From positions 62,001-126,000 of the forward strand of contig OZ025736.1 in assembly GCA_964019335.1 (NCBI GenBank): a stretch of DNA of 64,000 bases. Direction: 5' to 3'. This DNA is from Diplonema japonicum (taxonomy: Eukaryota; Protista; Euglenozoa: Diplonemea). Position numbers and translations under genes: made by a program. Below the pieces are notes generated by a model, which did no database searches, had not been told where the DNA came from, and was given only the letters and a program-made list of their open reading frames with translations. Of the stretch, positions 9,987 to 20,016 are shown one piece after another; position 1 is the stretch's first letter; the number at the start of each line of letters is the position of its first letter.

Positions 9987-12900
9987 TCATTCATCTTTCG
10001 GCTTCTTACTCTTTTTCTCTTTTTTCTTTTTTTCAACTTTTCTCTTTTTCTTCTGTTCCGCACCCCCCTCGAACTTCCGCTTCTTCTTCTTATCCTTCTC
10101 CGCTTTCTCCTTTGTTTTTTCACCGGCACCACTGAGATATTTCAACAACACCCCAACATGCTGTCTAGAAGGTGGCGCATCTGTCAATGCATGGGCTTTC
10201 TGGATACTTACGATACAGGAAACAAAGTCGCTAGGGGTAGCAGGAGGAGTTTCGCCCAAGAACTTCGACAAAACGTTTAAAAGAACGGTAGCGGCAGAGA
10301 AGAACAACGCAGCGTTCGTTGTAACCTGCTCGCCAAGGGTGTGGATGAAAGAGGTCACCGAGACCCATGCGGTCCGGAGGTCCCAAATAATATTGTGAGA
10401 CTGGAAGTTTTCGTCAAGGTTGAGCAAGGCTATGCTCACCATCGACAAAAGCCTGGCTTTGTACTCCCATGTTTTTTTCTGAATAGCAGAACGCGCGTCA
10501 CCAGTGGCCGACATAGTTAATGTACATGCTGTGCTGACAATGGGAACCAACAGCTTCAACTGGTTCAGCATGACATTGGGGATCACCGCCATGCCTGCTT
10601 CCAAGGTTCGGACTGAAACGTCTCTTACCTTCTCCGGCGACAGCGGGGATTGTAAAACGGTCAAGCAGCCTTGCATTACACCCGATTTTACCAACGCACC
10701 GATGCTCCTTCCGCATCGTGCCGTTGACATTGACCAGATGATGTTTTGCGTGCTTTGCATTGCGAATACTTGCATTCCACCGGATTTCTCGGGCAGAACA
10801 ACATTATCGCCAAACGGCCAGTCGCCCCTCCGTGTGTATGGGAACTTCAATAAATACTTCGTGACGGACTGATGTGTGACACCTGGACGGTACACAGCTT
10901 CACACGCTGCCGACAGAAACCCTGCTATGCTGTTCGGAAGCTTGCATGTCTCCTCCCAACACGAGTTCTTGATATGCTCCAGTACAAGTGCGAACGGGGT
11001 TCTTGAAGGAACCACAACAGCCAACGCCCCCATTGCCGTGTATGAAAGTTCACGGACCTCGGTGTTCTTGCTGGACAAACCCTTCACGAGTAGCGGGATG
11101 AACCCTTGTAATGTCAAACGACGGACTTCTGGTACCGTAGGTGGTGTTCTCGACACACAAAGCGTCAAATGTGCAGCCAGAACCAACGTGACGTACCTTG
11201 GGTCGAGAAGGGTAGAGTCATCCTCCACTGCAGTCGGGTCAGTGGGGTATCTGGAAAGCGTTTTTTGTATCAGTTTGTCGCCGAACGTCCCCGCGAGCGT
11301 TTGCGTCCATAAAGGGTCCGGTCTCCCCGGGGTTTTTGGCGCGTTGGAGCCTGCTTGGTAATGGTACTCCGGCAACTTTTTCTTGATGACAGCCCATCTT
11401 TCCTGATCATCCTTCCCCAGTGTCCCGTTGTAACCCCTTACGTCGTCCTGCTCATATGTGTTCACAGTTTCCTGTTCATGTTTCTTCTCCATTGTCATAA
11501 CGGCTGTTTTTGACATGGGTGTGTATTGGCCCCATTTCTTAGGGGTTTCAAGAAGCGTGATGCAAGATTCGTGCGATTTTTCGATGTTGCGAACCGCCTG
11601 CAATTTGTCAGCGTTCGCAACATCCTTCCCGGCGACGCGGAGGAGCGGGGAGCCTGGTATCCTCTGTTGCTTCAGAGGGTTCTTCACAGACAGCATGTCA
11701 TTGTACAGTTTTAAAAGACATGTGTTGAAGAAGTAAGGGTCTGGTCCGGACATCCAAGCAACGACTTCTTCAGGTGATAGGGGTTCAAGGCAGGGTACGA
11801 TTGTAACGGAGGCGATGATGGAGCGCACGAGGACCACGCAGGCATCAATGAGGAACGGATCGCCAGTTTTAGATTCTTTTTCGGATTTGTAGAAATCGAC
11901 AATGCGGGTGAGGAGGGTACGATCCTTGTCGTCGCCGGCCTCGCCCAGCGGGGTGAGGTACGTTGTGGTCTTGATGCTGGTGTCGTGCGCAAGAATTTGA
12001 AAAAGCATCAAAATCGAGATTTTCGAGAGTTTATCGGTATCCAACCGGCTAGGGAAAAGCTTCACCAAGTTCACCCCAGAGAAGAACGAAGGAAGCTCGA
12101 TTTGAACCACCCTCAGAACCGTCAGCAGCCGTTCGAACCGGAAAACGTCTTGCAAAGTCGGTTCACGAGAAGGGGGAAGCTTCAAAGCAAGAAACACACC
12201 AGCATGCGGAAGCCTTCCGGACAAGATGAACCCCAGCTGAGGAAGGAAATCCTTGGATTCGATAAGATCCGGGTTTTGCTGTTGAAACGTTTTCTGTCGA
12301 ACGTCGACTGCGGTGACAAGCCGCACCACAGATCGGAACTTCTTCACCGCGAGCATGACCACCTCCATCGCTTGCACGACAATTAACTGAACATCATGTT
12401 TCAACAACCCAGACAAGGCAGACCCGACAAAACTAGGCAGAACGATATCCGCAACGGATCCCGGGGTTAGCTCAAACGTGTTGACGCCTCTCCAGTTTCC
12501 ATTGTAAAGATATCCCCGCTTCAGAGAAATAGGCAGCGGTGCCTCAAGAACCATGATAATGACATCGAGAGCGGCGATGAGCTCCAAGGAATCCTGATTT
12601 TGCTGCAGGGAAAGCACGTTTTGAATATGGTTCACATAATGCGTTGCGAGCGACGGCGCAAGCGACAGAATTTTTCTGGCGAGCCTGCGGTGGGAAATAT
12701 ATTTGTGGGGCGACGACGCCTTCAGAATGTGCAGCAGAACATGATTCGGGACAATGGTGGCAGTGGGGTCATACGGTATTTCAGGAACGGCCAAAGCGGG
12801 GACTATCTTATCCAGCAAGATTGTCTCTGCTTTCTCGGTTTTTTGCAAGAGGTTTGTCACCACATCCGCAACACCGTTGCGTTCAAAGGCGTGGGCACGC

Positions 12901-13571
12901 CTAGAACGCATGACGCTAGGAGTACACAGTAGCTTCCCTACACCTTCCAAAATTTCTTCCCTTACATCCTCGCTGTCCTCATGCAGAGTGGAACATAGCG
13001 ATGTTAGGAAATTTTGCGATCCCAGCGCAATACCGCATGAGACTTCGTCCCCTGACTGTGGGTACGAGAGGAGGTATTGAATGCCAGCTGCTCGAAGGTT
13101 TCTGTCGTAGTTCGCGCGTTTCTTTTTCCAAGCTGCTTCGGGCCCGATCCATGGTCCTTTAATGACCGGCTTCAACCTGTGGTGCAGCAGTGCTGGTGAG
13201 AATCTGTTGATTTCTGTTAAAAATTCTAGGATGCCTTTGCAGCTGTTTTTTCCTCGTTCTCCTGCCAGTCCCGCTGTGAAGAACTGCCCGTGGTTTGTTA
13301 GAACTGAGTGCAGAACGGAGAACAGTCTGCCTTCCTCTGACCCGATGCCCATTGCTGCGCAAAGACAGCCCAGAACATTGGTCTGATTCACGCCCCCCAT
13401 GTGCCCGGCTACTTCTTTCATCTCCGGGCTCACGTTCAGCAATTCGGACAAGACCTCCTTACCGCCGTCTTGTTTAAACTCATCTGACAGTACCTCCAGG
13501 CCCTTTCCCACCTCTGCTTTGTCACCTGTTAGCAACACGCATATTTTCGAGACTTTTAGAGGAGCGGTCAT
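9987..13571 (-). CDS. URB1: Nucleolar pre-ribosomal-associated protein 1 (URB1/Npa1)-like
   Basis: ~1190-aa helical protein. Npa1-like RNLRAAGIQYLLS segment, NopRA1-like LLDPRYV...LVKGLSSKNTEVRELSY segment and a Lys-rich tail. Start reassigned to MTAPLK, because the upstream ORF extension is homopolymer. Confidence 0.7.
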   Translation of the reverse strand: MTAPLKVSKICVLLTGDKAEVGKGLEVLSDEFKQDGGKEVLSELLNVSPEMKEVAGHMGGVNQTNVLGCLCAAMGIGSEEGRLFSVLHSVLTNHGQFFTAGLAGERGKNSCKGILEFLTEINRFSPALLHHRLKPVIKGPWIGPEAAWKKKRANYDRNLRAAGIQYLLSYPQSGDEVSCGIALGSQNFLTSLCSTLHEDSEDVREEILEGVGKLLCTPSVMRSRRAHAFERNGVADVVTNLLQKTEKAETILLDKIVPALAVPEIPYDPTATIVPNHVLLHILKASSPHKYISHRRLARKILSLAPSLATHYVNHIQNVLSLQQNQDSLELIAALDVIIMVLEAPLPISLKRGYLYNGNWRGVNTFELTPGSVADIVLPSFVGSALSGLLKHDVQLIVVQAMEVVMLAVKKFRSVVRLVTAVDVRQKTFQQQNPDLIESKDFLPQLGFILSGRLPHAGVFLALKLPPSREPTLQDVFRFERLLTVLRVVQIELPSFFSGVNLVKLFPSRLDTDKLSKISILMLFQILAHDTSIKTTTYLTPLGEAGDDKDRTLLTRIVDFYKSEKESKTGDPFLIDACVVLVRSIIASVTIVPCLEPLSPEEVVAWMSGPDPYFFNTCLLKLYNDMLSVKNPLKQQRIPGSPLLRVAGKDVANADKLQAVRNIEKSHESCITLLETPKKWGQYTPMSKTAVMTMEKKHEQETVNTYEQDDVRGYNGTLGKDDQERWAVIKKKLPEYHYQAGSNAPKTPGRPDPLWTQTLAGTFGDKLIQKTLSRYPTDPTAVEDDSTLLDPRYVTLVLAAHLTLCVSRTPPTVPEVRRLTLQGFIPLLVKGLSSKNTEVRELSYTAMGALAVVVPSRTPFALVLEHIKNSCWEETCKLPNSIAGFLSAACEAVYRPGVTHQSVTKYLLKFPYTRRGDWPFGDNVVLPEKSGGMQVFAMQSTQNIIWSMSTARCGRSIGALVKSGVMQGCLTVLQSPLSPEKVRDVSVRTLEAGMAVIPNVMLNQLKLLVPIVSTACTLTMSATGDARSAIQKKTWEYKARLLSMVSIALLNLDENFQSHNIIWDLRTAWVSVTSFIHTLGEQVTTNAALFFSAATVLLNVLSKFLGETPPATPSDFVSCIVSIQKAHALTDAPPSRQHVGVLLKYLSGAGEKTKEKAEKDKKKKRKFEGGAEQKKKRKVEKKKKEKKSKKPKDE

Positions 13572-15024
13572 TTTTTTTTTTTTTTTTTCTCTCCCCCTTC
13601 CCTCCCCCTCCCTCTTTTTTTTTTTCTTTTTAGAATTTTTTGAAAAAGCGGAATAGAAGAAACACAAAAAAAAGAGGGGTGGGGGAAAAAAAAAAAGAAA
13701 AGAAAAAAAAAAACCCGAGAACCAAAAAAGAGAAAAGAAAAAAGAAAGAGGGTGGTGGGTGGTGGGGTTCAAGGTAGGTTGTTGGTCGGGGGGGGGAGAG
13801 AGGGTGCCTCTTGGAGTCAATAAAGGGGGGATCGGAGTGCAGAAGGTTTATCGAACATAACATCTTTTTTTTTTAAAGTTCTCCCCCCCCCCCCCCCCCC
13901 CGGTAGGCAGTATTTCTATGATGGTAGGATGCAGCTATATGGATAAAAAAGGGGAGGGTGGGGGGTTTTTTTTTTTTTATTTCCCTTCCCATTTTTGATT
14001 CTCGAACACTTAAAAAAGAAATAACGGAGGTACAGCTGACGTGTTGAAAAGGTGAAAAAAAAAGAGAAAGAAAGGGAGGAAGGAACATGGGAGGGGTGGC
14101 ATGGCGAAAGGGTGGGGGGGAGTGAACAAAGTGACCCCGACAGCCAGGAGAAGAAGACAAGAAGAGAGAACCTTCAAAATTCGCTCTCTTCCCTCTGTCT
14201 TTCTGTTGGCGCCAGGGCTTCTATAAGTAAAAAAAAAAAACAAAAAAAAGGGGGGCGGTTTAAAAAAGAAAAGAAGAAAGCAAAAAAGAAAGAGGAAAAA
14301 AAAGGGGGGGGGTGAAAGAAAGAAGAGAGGCGGGCGTCCACACATTACTCTTTTTTTTTTTTTTTTACAAACTTGTGAAAGTATTAAAAAAAAACTTTTA
14401 AAAAAACGGGGGAAATAAAAAAAAAAAAGAGAAAAGGCAACCCTGAAGGCCCCATTGGCCTTGCAGCGTTAAGGTCTTAGAGAGATAATCGAGGATTACT
14501 TCCTTTGGGGTGGAGAGGGGTGTCTTTCCCCCTTCTTTTTTTTTTAAAAACTTTCTTTTTTTTTCCCCCCTTCATTTCCTTCCAGCTTCTTTTTTTCCCC
14601 CCCTTTCTCTTTCGGTACCTACCCCCTTCATAAAAAAAAAAAATACCAAGGGAAAAAAAGGGGGAAAAAAAGGTACACAATAGAAGGGAAAAAAAAAAAC
14701 TTTGCTTTGGGGATCAGAGAAGAGAAGGGTAAGACAGAATCGTCTTATGGTAGAAGGTAAAAATTTAATGAGAAAAAAAGGGGGGGGGAAAGGGAAAAGC
14801 TGTAGGGAACCATCACAAAAGGGGAACAGGGGGAAAGGGAAAACAGGAGGGGTTGGGGGGGGGAAAAAAATGAAAAAGAAATAGTTTACAAAGGGTTTTT
14901 TTTTTCTTTAAAAATATCCCCTCCCAGATATTGTCTCTATATTTTTATTTTATTTTTTTTTGTCGCTTGACACCATACACCACCGCCTCTTACATTTTTT
15001 TTTTTCACCCCCCTATTTTCAGTT

Positions 15025-15056
<32 letters not shown>

Positions 15057-15058
15057 AT

Positions 15059-15192
15059 CTAGAGAAGGGTAGCGACAACAGCAAGAACGACCGCTGCAAA
15101 GGTCATGGGAGTAAGGGTGCTGGAGGCGTCCCACATGGCGCAGAATTCCTCGTTTTCGTCATCGGCACCCGCACCAACACCAGTCCCGGCCT

Positions 15193-15225
<33 letters not shown>

Positions 15226-16676
15226 TTTTGGCCCAATGGTAACAAGTTGCAGGGTACTTGCACCAATGGGAAAAAACCCATTGGTGCAAGTCGTGCTTTT
15301 GTGACCAAGAATGCCCCAACAACTACAGGCATTCTTGGTCGCAAGTCATGTGGCAGTTCGGCAGGATCTCAGGAAGTCACCTCAGGTAAGCCCTTTTGCC
15401 GGCGCCTTGCCAGCTTGAAAATTCATGATGCTTACCACAAGTGGTAAATCTAGGACTTTACAAACAGGTCCTGATCATCTGTAGTGTGAGCTTGATGAGG
15501 GTGCACTGTGCCCAGATTGCACATGACTAGCCAGGGCCCTCATGGCAGTGGAATGCCCAATACCCGCCCAGAAGACCCGAGTGTCAGGTGCCTTCTTATT
15601 TGTAGGAAGGTGTGTGGTTCCACAAAGGATCTTAGGCTGTAGGACTTCAGGAGTATCTTGAACATTTCCGAAACCTAGGGGGGCCAGTTACACTTTGAGC
15701 ATTTAGGAAAGTAAGGGGACCGAATTTAAGCATTTTAAAAACACAGGGGTCTAGTTTGAATTTCTCTCTTTTTTTTTTCTCTTCTTTTCTTGTTTCTTCT
15801 TCTCCCTAAATTGCATACACGGGTCTCGCCGAACATCCCGATACCCTTGTTCCAGGCATCGCAGAACAGGGAGTTGTCCATGTTAACGCTGTAGTTCCTT
15901 TCGGAGGCGGCGTTGATCCAGTCCTGCGAGCATTCGTAGCACCCGGGCTCCCTCCTGTTGCAGTTCTCAAGAACGGTGTTGCACCAGTCCTTGCACACGG
16001 GCCGCACACGGGAACCAAGCCCGTTGTTCACAAGGTTGGTGGAGTTGGTAACGTCAGCAAACTGGGGGAAGGCCATGTGGCATGCTGTCTCCTTCATGTA
16101 AGCACCGCACCAGTTGGAAGGGTTTGACCCTGAAGCACCAGACCCCCACAGGGTGGCGTAGTCGTTGGTGGCAGGCTTGTTCTTTTGAACAGCGACAGAC
16201 TTCTGGTACCCGTAAGACGTTCCAAGGTAGTTCCAGAGCTCCTTGGCAGCGACGTCAGCAGCGAGGACGGCCTCCCACTTGTTACCGACGGTGTAGTCCC
16301 GAATGCAGATACCAGGCTCTCCGAATTCGTTGGGGTTTTTGTACCCGCTGATGTAGTCGTAGCAGAAGAGCGACGCGAAGTCGTTGGCGAGGTACTGTGC
16401 CTGCTTTGTCGCGCCAGCAGCGGCGAGCTCTGCCGCGTCGGTCCTCACGTGGTCAATGGATCCATCTACCAAGAACACGATGCCGGCATTCGAGTTGTGC
16501 AAATCCTGTACTTCTTTTAAGTCCTCAGTGCTCGGGTTTGTGTTGTTCTCGAAAACCTGCGAGTGCCCGCACTGCCACCCGAAGTAACCGTTCGCAGCGT
16601 CCTGTCTCCTGTTTGCCGGGAGCACGGCAGACATAACCAACGCAGGCAGGGCAAGCATAGCCATGGTCATCTTCAT
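15059..16676 (-). CDS. Secreted, probably GPI-anchored Cys-rich surface protein (Frizzled-CRD-like); intron 15191-15818
   Basis: Signal peptide MKMTMAMLALPALVMSA. CxxxxxxxxCHMAFPQ...PVCKDWCNTVLENC pattern. A phase-0 GTATGC..ACAG intron joins it to a last exon AGTG...DASSTLTPMTFAAVVLAVVATLL*, which looks like a GPI signal. Confidence 0.7.
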
Positions 16677-16862
16677 TTTACTTTCTTTTTTTTTTTTTTC
16701 CCCTTTTTTTCTTCTTCTTCCTACCCGAAAAGAAAAAAAACTTTTTTTTCCCCTGCCAGAAAAAAAAAGAAAAAAGGGAGAATAAAAAATTGTAGGTATT
16801 GGGGGAGAGAAAAAAAAAAAGAAGGGAGTCGGGAGGGGGAGTATGTAACACTGCCTCATTTA

Positions 16863-17626
16863 AATAGCTATTACTGCCAACAAGTAATGACTTCACCGTT
16901 ACCTCGAGGTTCCGCAGGGCCCGAGATGGTAAAATGCGGAACCGAGAGGTCGGTAAAGCATTACTTGGCGGTAGGTAAGTGGTTTTATTTCACGACACTG
17001 AAATTACTTCACCACGAGGGGCACAACAGGGTGACAAGGGGTACAACAAGAGAGGGGTTACAATACAAGTTGTTTTTCCTCCTTTTGTTGACTAAGAGCT
17101 GCCGCTGTCGCTGGCATTGCCACTGTCACCATCTCTAATCAGGCCTTCCCATACCTAGCGCGGCCGCATTGCCACTGTCACCATCTCTAATCAGGCCTTC
17201 CCATACCTAGCGCGGCCGCTGGCTCCTTTTTTTCTGCTGCTTCGGTATTTTGAAGTCTTTTGGGGTGCTTGGGTAAGCTGACTAAGTTACCCTTACCCAC
17301 AGAAGAGTTACCCACAGAAACTGGGGACAAGGCCTAGCCAAAAGTGGGCAAATTGGGAGGAAAAAGTAGTCCAACTTGGAACTGAGCCGAGGCAAAAGTT
17401 GGCCAATTGAGCTGAACCTGGGGGGAAATAGCAAACTGAGAGGAAAAAGTAGCCCCACTGGGAACCGAACCGAGGCAAAAATTGGCCCACTGAGGCATAT
17501 TATTTAACGGAAACCCCCTATTACTTCACGGAAAACAGGCCATTATTTCACCGTGAAGTAATGAGATTTAGCGTGAAGTAATGGGCCCCCCAGTGCGTGA
17601 AGTAATTTCTGAAGAGTGAAATAAAA
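16863..17626 (-). mobile_element. Non-autonomous element with asymmetric subterminal IRs and terminal hairpin (Helentron/HINE-like), copy 1
   Basis: Near-identical to 61300-61984. IR ttttatttcac..gaaattacttc (16983-17010) pairs with gaagtaatttc..gtgaaataaaa (17599-17626). Hairpin at 16870-16978 lies outside the IR. Confidence 0.75.
17114..17217. repeat. 52-bp tandem duplication inside element copy 1
   Basis: gcattgccactgtcaccatctctaatcaggccttcccatacctagcgcggcc occurs twice here but once in copy 2. Confidence 0.9.
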
Positions 17627-17714
17627 AAAAAAAAGAGATCTTTTTGAAAAAGAAACACTACCGGAAAAAAAAACACTTTACACCCCCCCCCTCCCCCCAA
17701 TATTCCCACCTCAA

Positions 17715-18821
17715 TCACCTTTGTCTCAGCAACGCCATCAGAGCATCTGCACCCCCAGACCGCTCGAGTAACGCCGACAGGTTGTCTTGCTGCAAAGGAG
17801 GTGCCTGTATGGAAGGGGCCATCTGTACCGGGAAAGGTGCCCGAGAGTTGAAGGTCGGGAGCCCTGCTGCCTTCTGCGCTTTGATCGCAGCCTTTAACCG
17901 CTGCTTGCGTTTTGTAAGGATAGTCGCAATATATTGGTCGTAAGACTGGCCAGTCACGTCCATGGGGATTCGCCTCTTGGGGACAGTATGACGGGTTACC
18001 TTGACCTTGTTTGCAATTTCAATAGATGATGCGTCAATGTAATTACAAAGCTCAGACCCTGCGACGCGTGTGAGGAGCTGCCCGTCTCCTGCCTGCGACA
18101 CAGATCTTCCTTGGTCATGCACATTCGTTATCGACCCTACCTCTGTGAAGGGAACGGACCCTATTCGGACCCATGACACTCTGAATGGATTTGTCCAGTC
18201 TGATGGAAGGTTCCCAAAATCGGCTTGAACTGCCGCTGGTTGCTCGTCTCTCGGTTTTATTTGCGTTGCCATGAACCCGTACCCGATAAAGTGGTGGCTG
18301 TCACGCGCTGTGAATATGAGGACAACACACGAATGCTTGTCGTAAGCTTCATTGAGAATTTCTTCTATTTCTGCTGATACCGCCCATAAACCTGTTTGAA
18401 CAGACAGGTAGAGCATGTCGTGGCGGGGTGCCTTTAGGACAACGTAAGCGGCGTTTGTCTCCGGTCTTGGTTTTTCGAGTTGTAATTTTTTGCTGTTTCG
18501 GGTCACAACCTCTCGGACGTGTTTTAGCTCGTCCTCGTTCAGCTGTTTAAGGGTCGCGGGATCGGGGACCTCGTAGTCGTTGTGGCTGTTGCTTCCCGCC
18601 CCCACTTTGCTTAGGAGCGCAAAGGGGTCTTGGTGTTGTTGCATCCCCATCATCCCCATTTGGTTCTGCACCGGTGGTACCCCACCCATCCCTCCCAACC
18701 CGCTCATGTCTGTCCCCTGTTGAATCTGCCCCATCAAGCTTGTAATCTGTCCCATCAAACTGTTTGCATCGTTGTTCCTTGGCGGTGGCGGCGGCGCCCC
18801 TCCTTGGTTGAATCCCATCAT
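17715..18821 (-). CDS. YTH-domain protein (candidate m6A reader) with Q/G/M-rich low-complexity N-terminus
   Basis: YVVLKA...SVQTGLWAV...LNEAY...VVLIFTARDSHHFIGYGFM...FRVSW...DGQ follows the YTH motif order. Confidence 0.85.
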   Translation of the reverse strand: MMGFNQGGAPPPPPRNNDANSLMGQITSLMGQIQQGTDMSGLGGMGGVPPVQNQMGMMGMQQHQDPFALLSKVGAGSNSHNDYEVPDPATLKQLNEDELKHVREVVTRNSKKLQLEKPRPETNAAYVVLKAPRHDMLYLSVQTGLWAVSAEIEEILNEAYDKHSCVVLIFTARDSHHFIGYGFMATQIKPRDEQPAAVQADFGNLPSDWTNPFRVSWVRIGSVPFTEVGSITNVHDQGRSVSQAGDGQLLTRVAGSELCNYIDASSIEIANKVKVTRHTVPKRRIPMDVTGQSYDQYIATILTKRKQRLKAAIKAQKAAGLPTFNSRAPFPVQMAPSIQAPPLQQDNLSALLERSGGADALMALLRQR

Positions 18822-19037
18822 TTTTCTTTTTTCTTTTCTTTTTTTTTTTTTTTTCTTTCCTCTCTCTTTTTCACACCTACTTTCTAAAAAAAAGAAAAAA
18901 AAAAAATTATATGTAACAAAGAAAAAAAAAATATTTATAATATCACCAAGTATCCGTTAGGAATTACGAAGAAAAAAAAAAAGAAAAAGAAAAAAAAAAA
19001 AAAGGGAAACAAGATAGGGGAGGGGAGGGGAGACACC

Positions 19038-19451
19038 TTAGCTCATTAATACATCGCAAGTGAAGCTAGAGCTAGGGTGGCCGGCATTGGAGTCTTTGAG
19101 CATGAATTCGGTGAGGAGAAGACGGTGGAGTTTTGTGGTGTGTTCTTTAGTGGTGGTGTATATTTGGACATCGCCAAGGGAAGGGGTTGACGTGCCGTCG
19201 CAAGATTTTGTTACCTCAACAATACAGGAGCCTTGTGCGACTTTGACGGTCAGAGCCACGCCATCGCCTCCCTTTGTGGGGATAGTTGCTTCGACAATAT
19301 TTTTCATCCCGATCAGGGGAACCCCAACCTCCACTTTACCGGCGTCTAAGGCTGCTTGTACACATTCCCTCACCCTCTCCCACGCTGTTTCGGATGTTAC
19401 TTCTACGCAACTTGACCGCCCTCCAGGCAGGCCTAATCGTGTTACTTTCAT
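19038..19451 (-). CDS. Hypothetical protein (137 aa)
   Basis: Coding-like segment MKVTRLGLPGG... starting directly after an A-tract. Confidence 0.6.
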   Translation of the reverse strand: MKVTRLGLPGGRSSCVEVTSETAWERVRECVQAALDAGKVEVGVPLIGMKNIVEATIPTKGGDGVALTVKVAQGSCIVEVTKSCDGTSTPSLGDVQIYTTTKEHTTKLHRLLLTEFMLKDSNAGHPSSSFTCDVLMS

Positions 19452-20016
19452 TCTCTTTTTTTTTTTTTTTTTTTTTTTTTCCTCCCTGTTTTTGTTATAA
19501 CAAGTTACAACGCGAATGATACAAAAAAAAAAAAGAACGGGGATGAGAAAAATACAACAGGGGTGAGGAAAAGGAGGAAATCTTGGAGGTGAGCCTCTTT
19601 TTTTTGGGGGGGGGAGAGGACGAGAGTTTAATTTACAAAATAAGTACTCCTTCAAAAGAAAAAGAAAAAAAAAAGGGAAACATAATGTATTTTTTTTCTT
19701 CTTTCTTCGTTCTTTTTTTTTTTTGGCTCTGCCTGGAAAGAGAAAAAAAAAAGTCTGCAGAATTTGTTGGGAAGGAAAGGACGAGAAAGCGAAGCCCCCC
19801 GTCATATCTTTACAAAAAAAAAAAAAAAAAATGAAACTGATTCCCGCGAGTTTTTTACGGATATAAACAAAAGGAGAAAGGAAATGTTGTGTTAAAAAAA
19901 AAACTTCTACGAGCCAAAAAAAAAAAAATTGTTAATGGGAAAGCGGGAAAAGAGGAAGACTACAAATTCTATCCCTTACTTTTTTTTTTCCCCCCCTCCT
20001 TCTTTTTTTCTTGCAT

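Noticed and set aside
13572-13820. N-terminal extensions and many small ORFs rich in poly-F/K/P/G throughout the ORF track
   Set aside because: These are translations of homopolymeric intergenic or intronic DNA; the true starts lie downstream.
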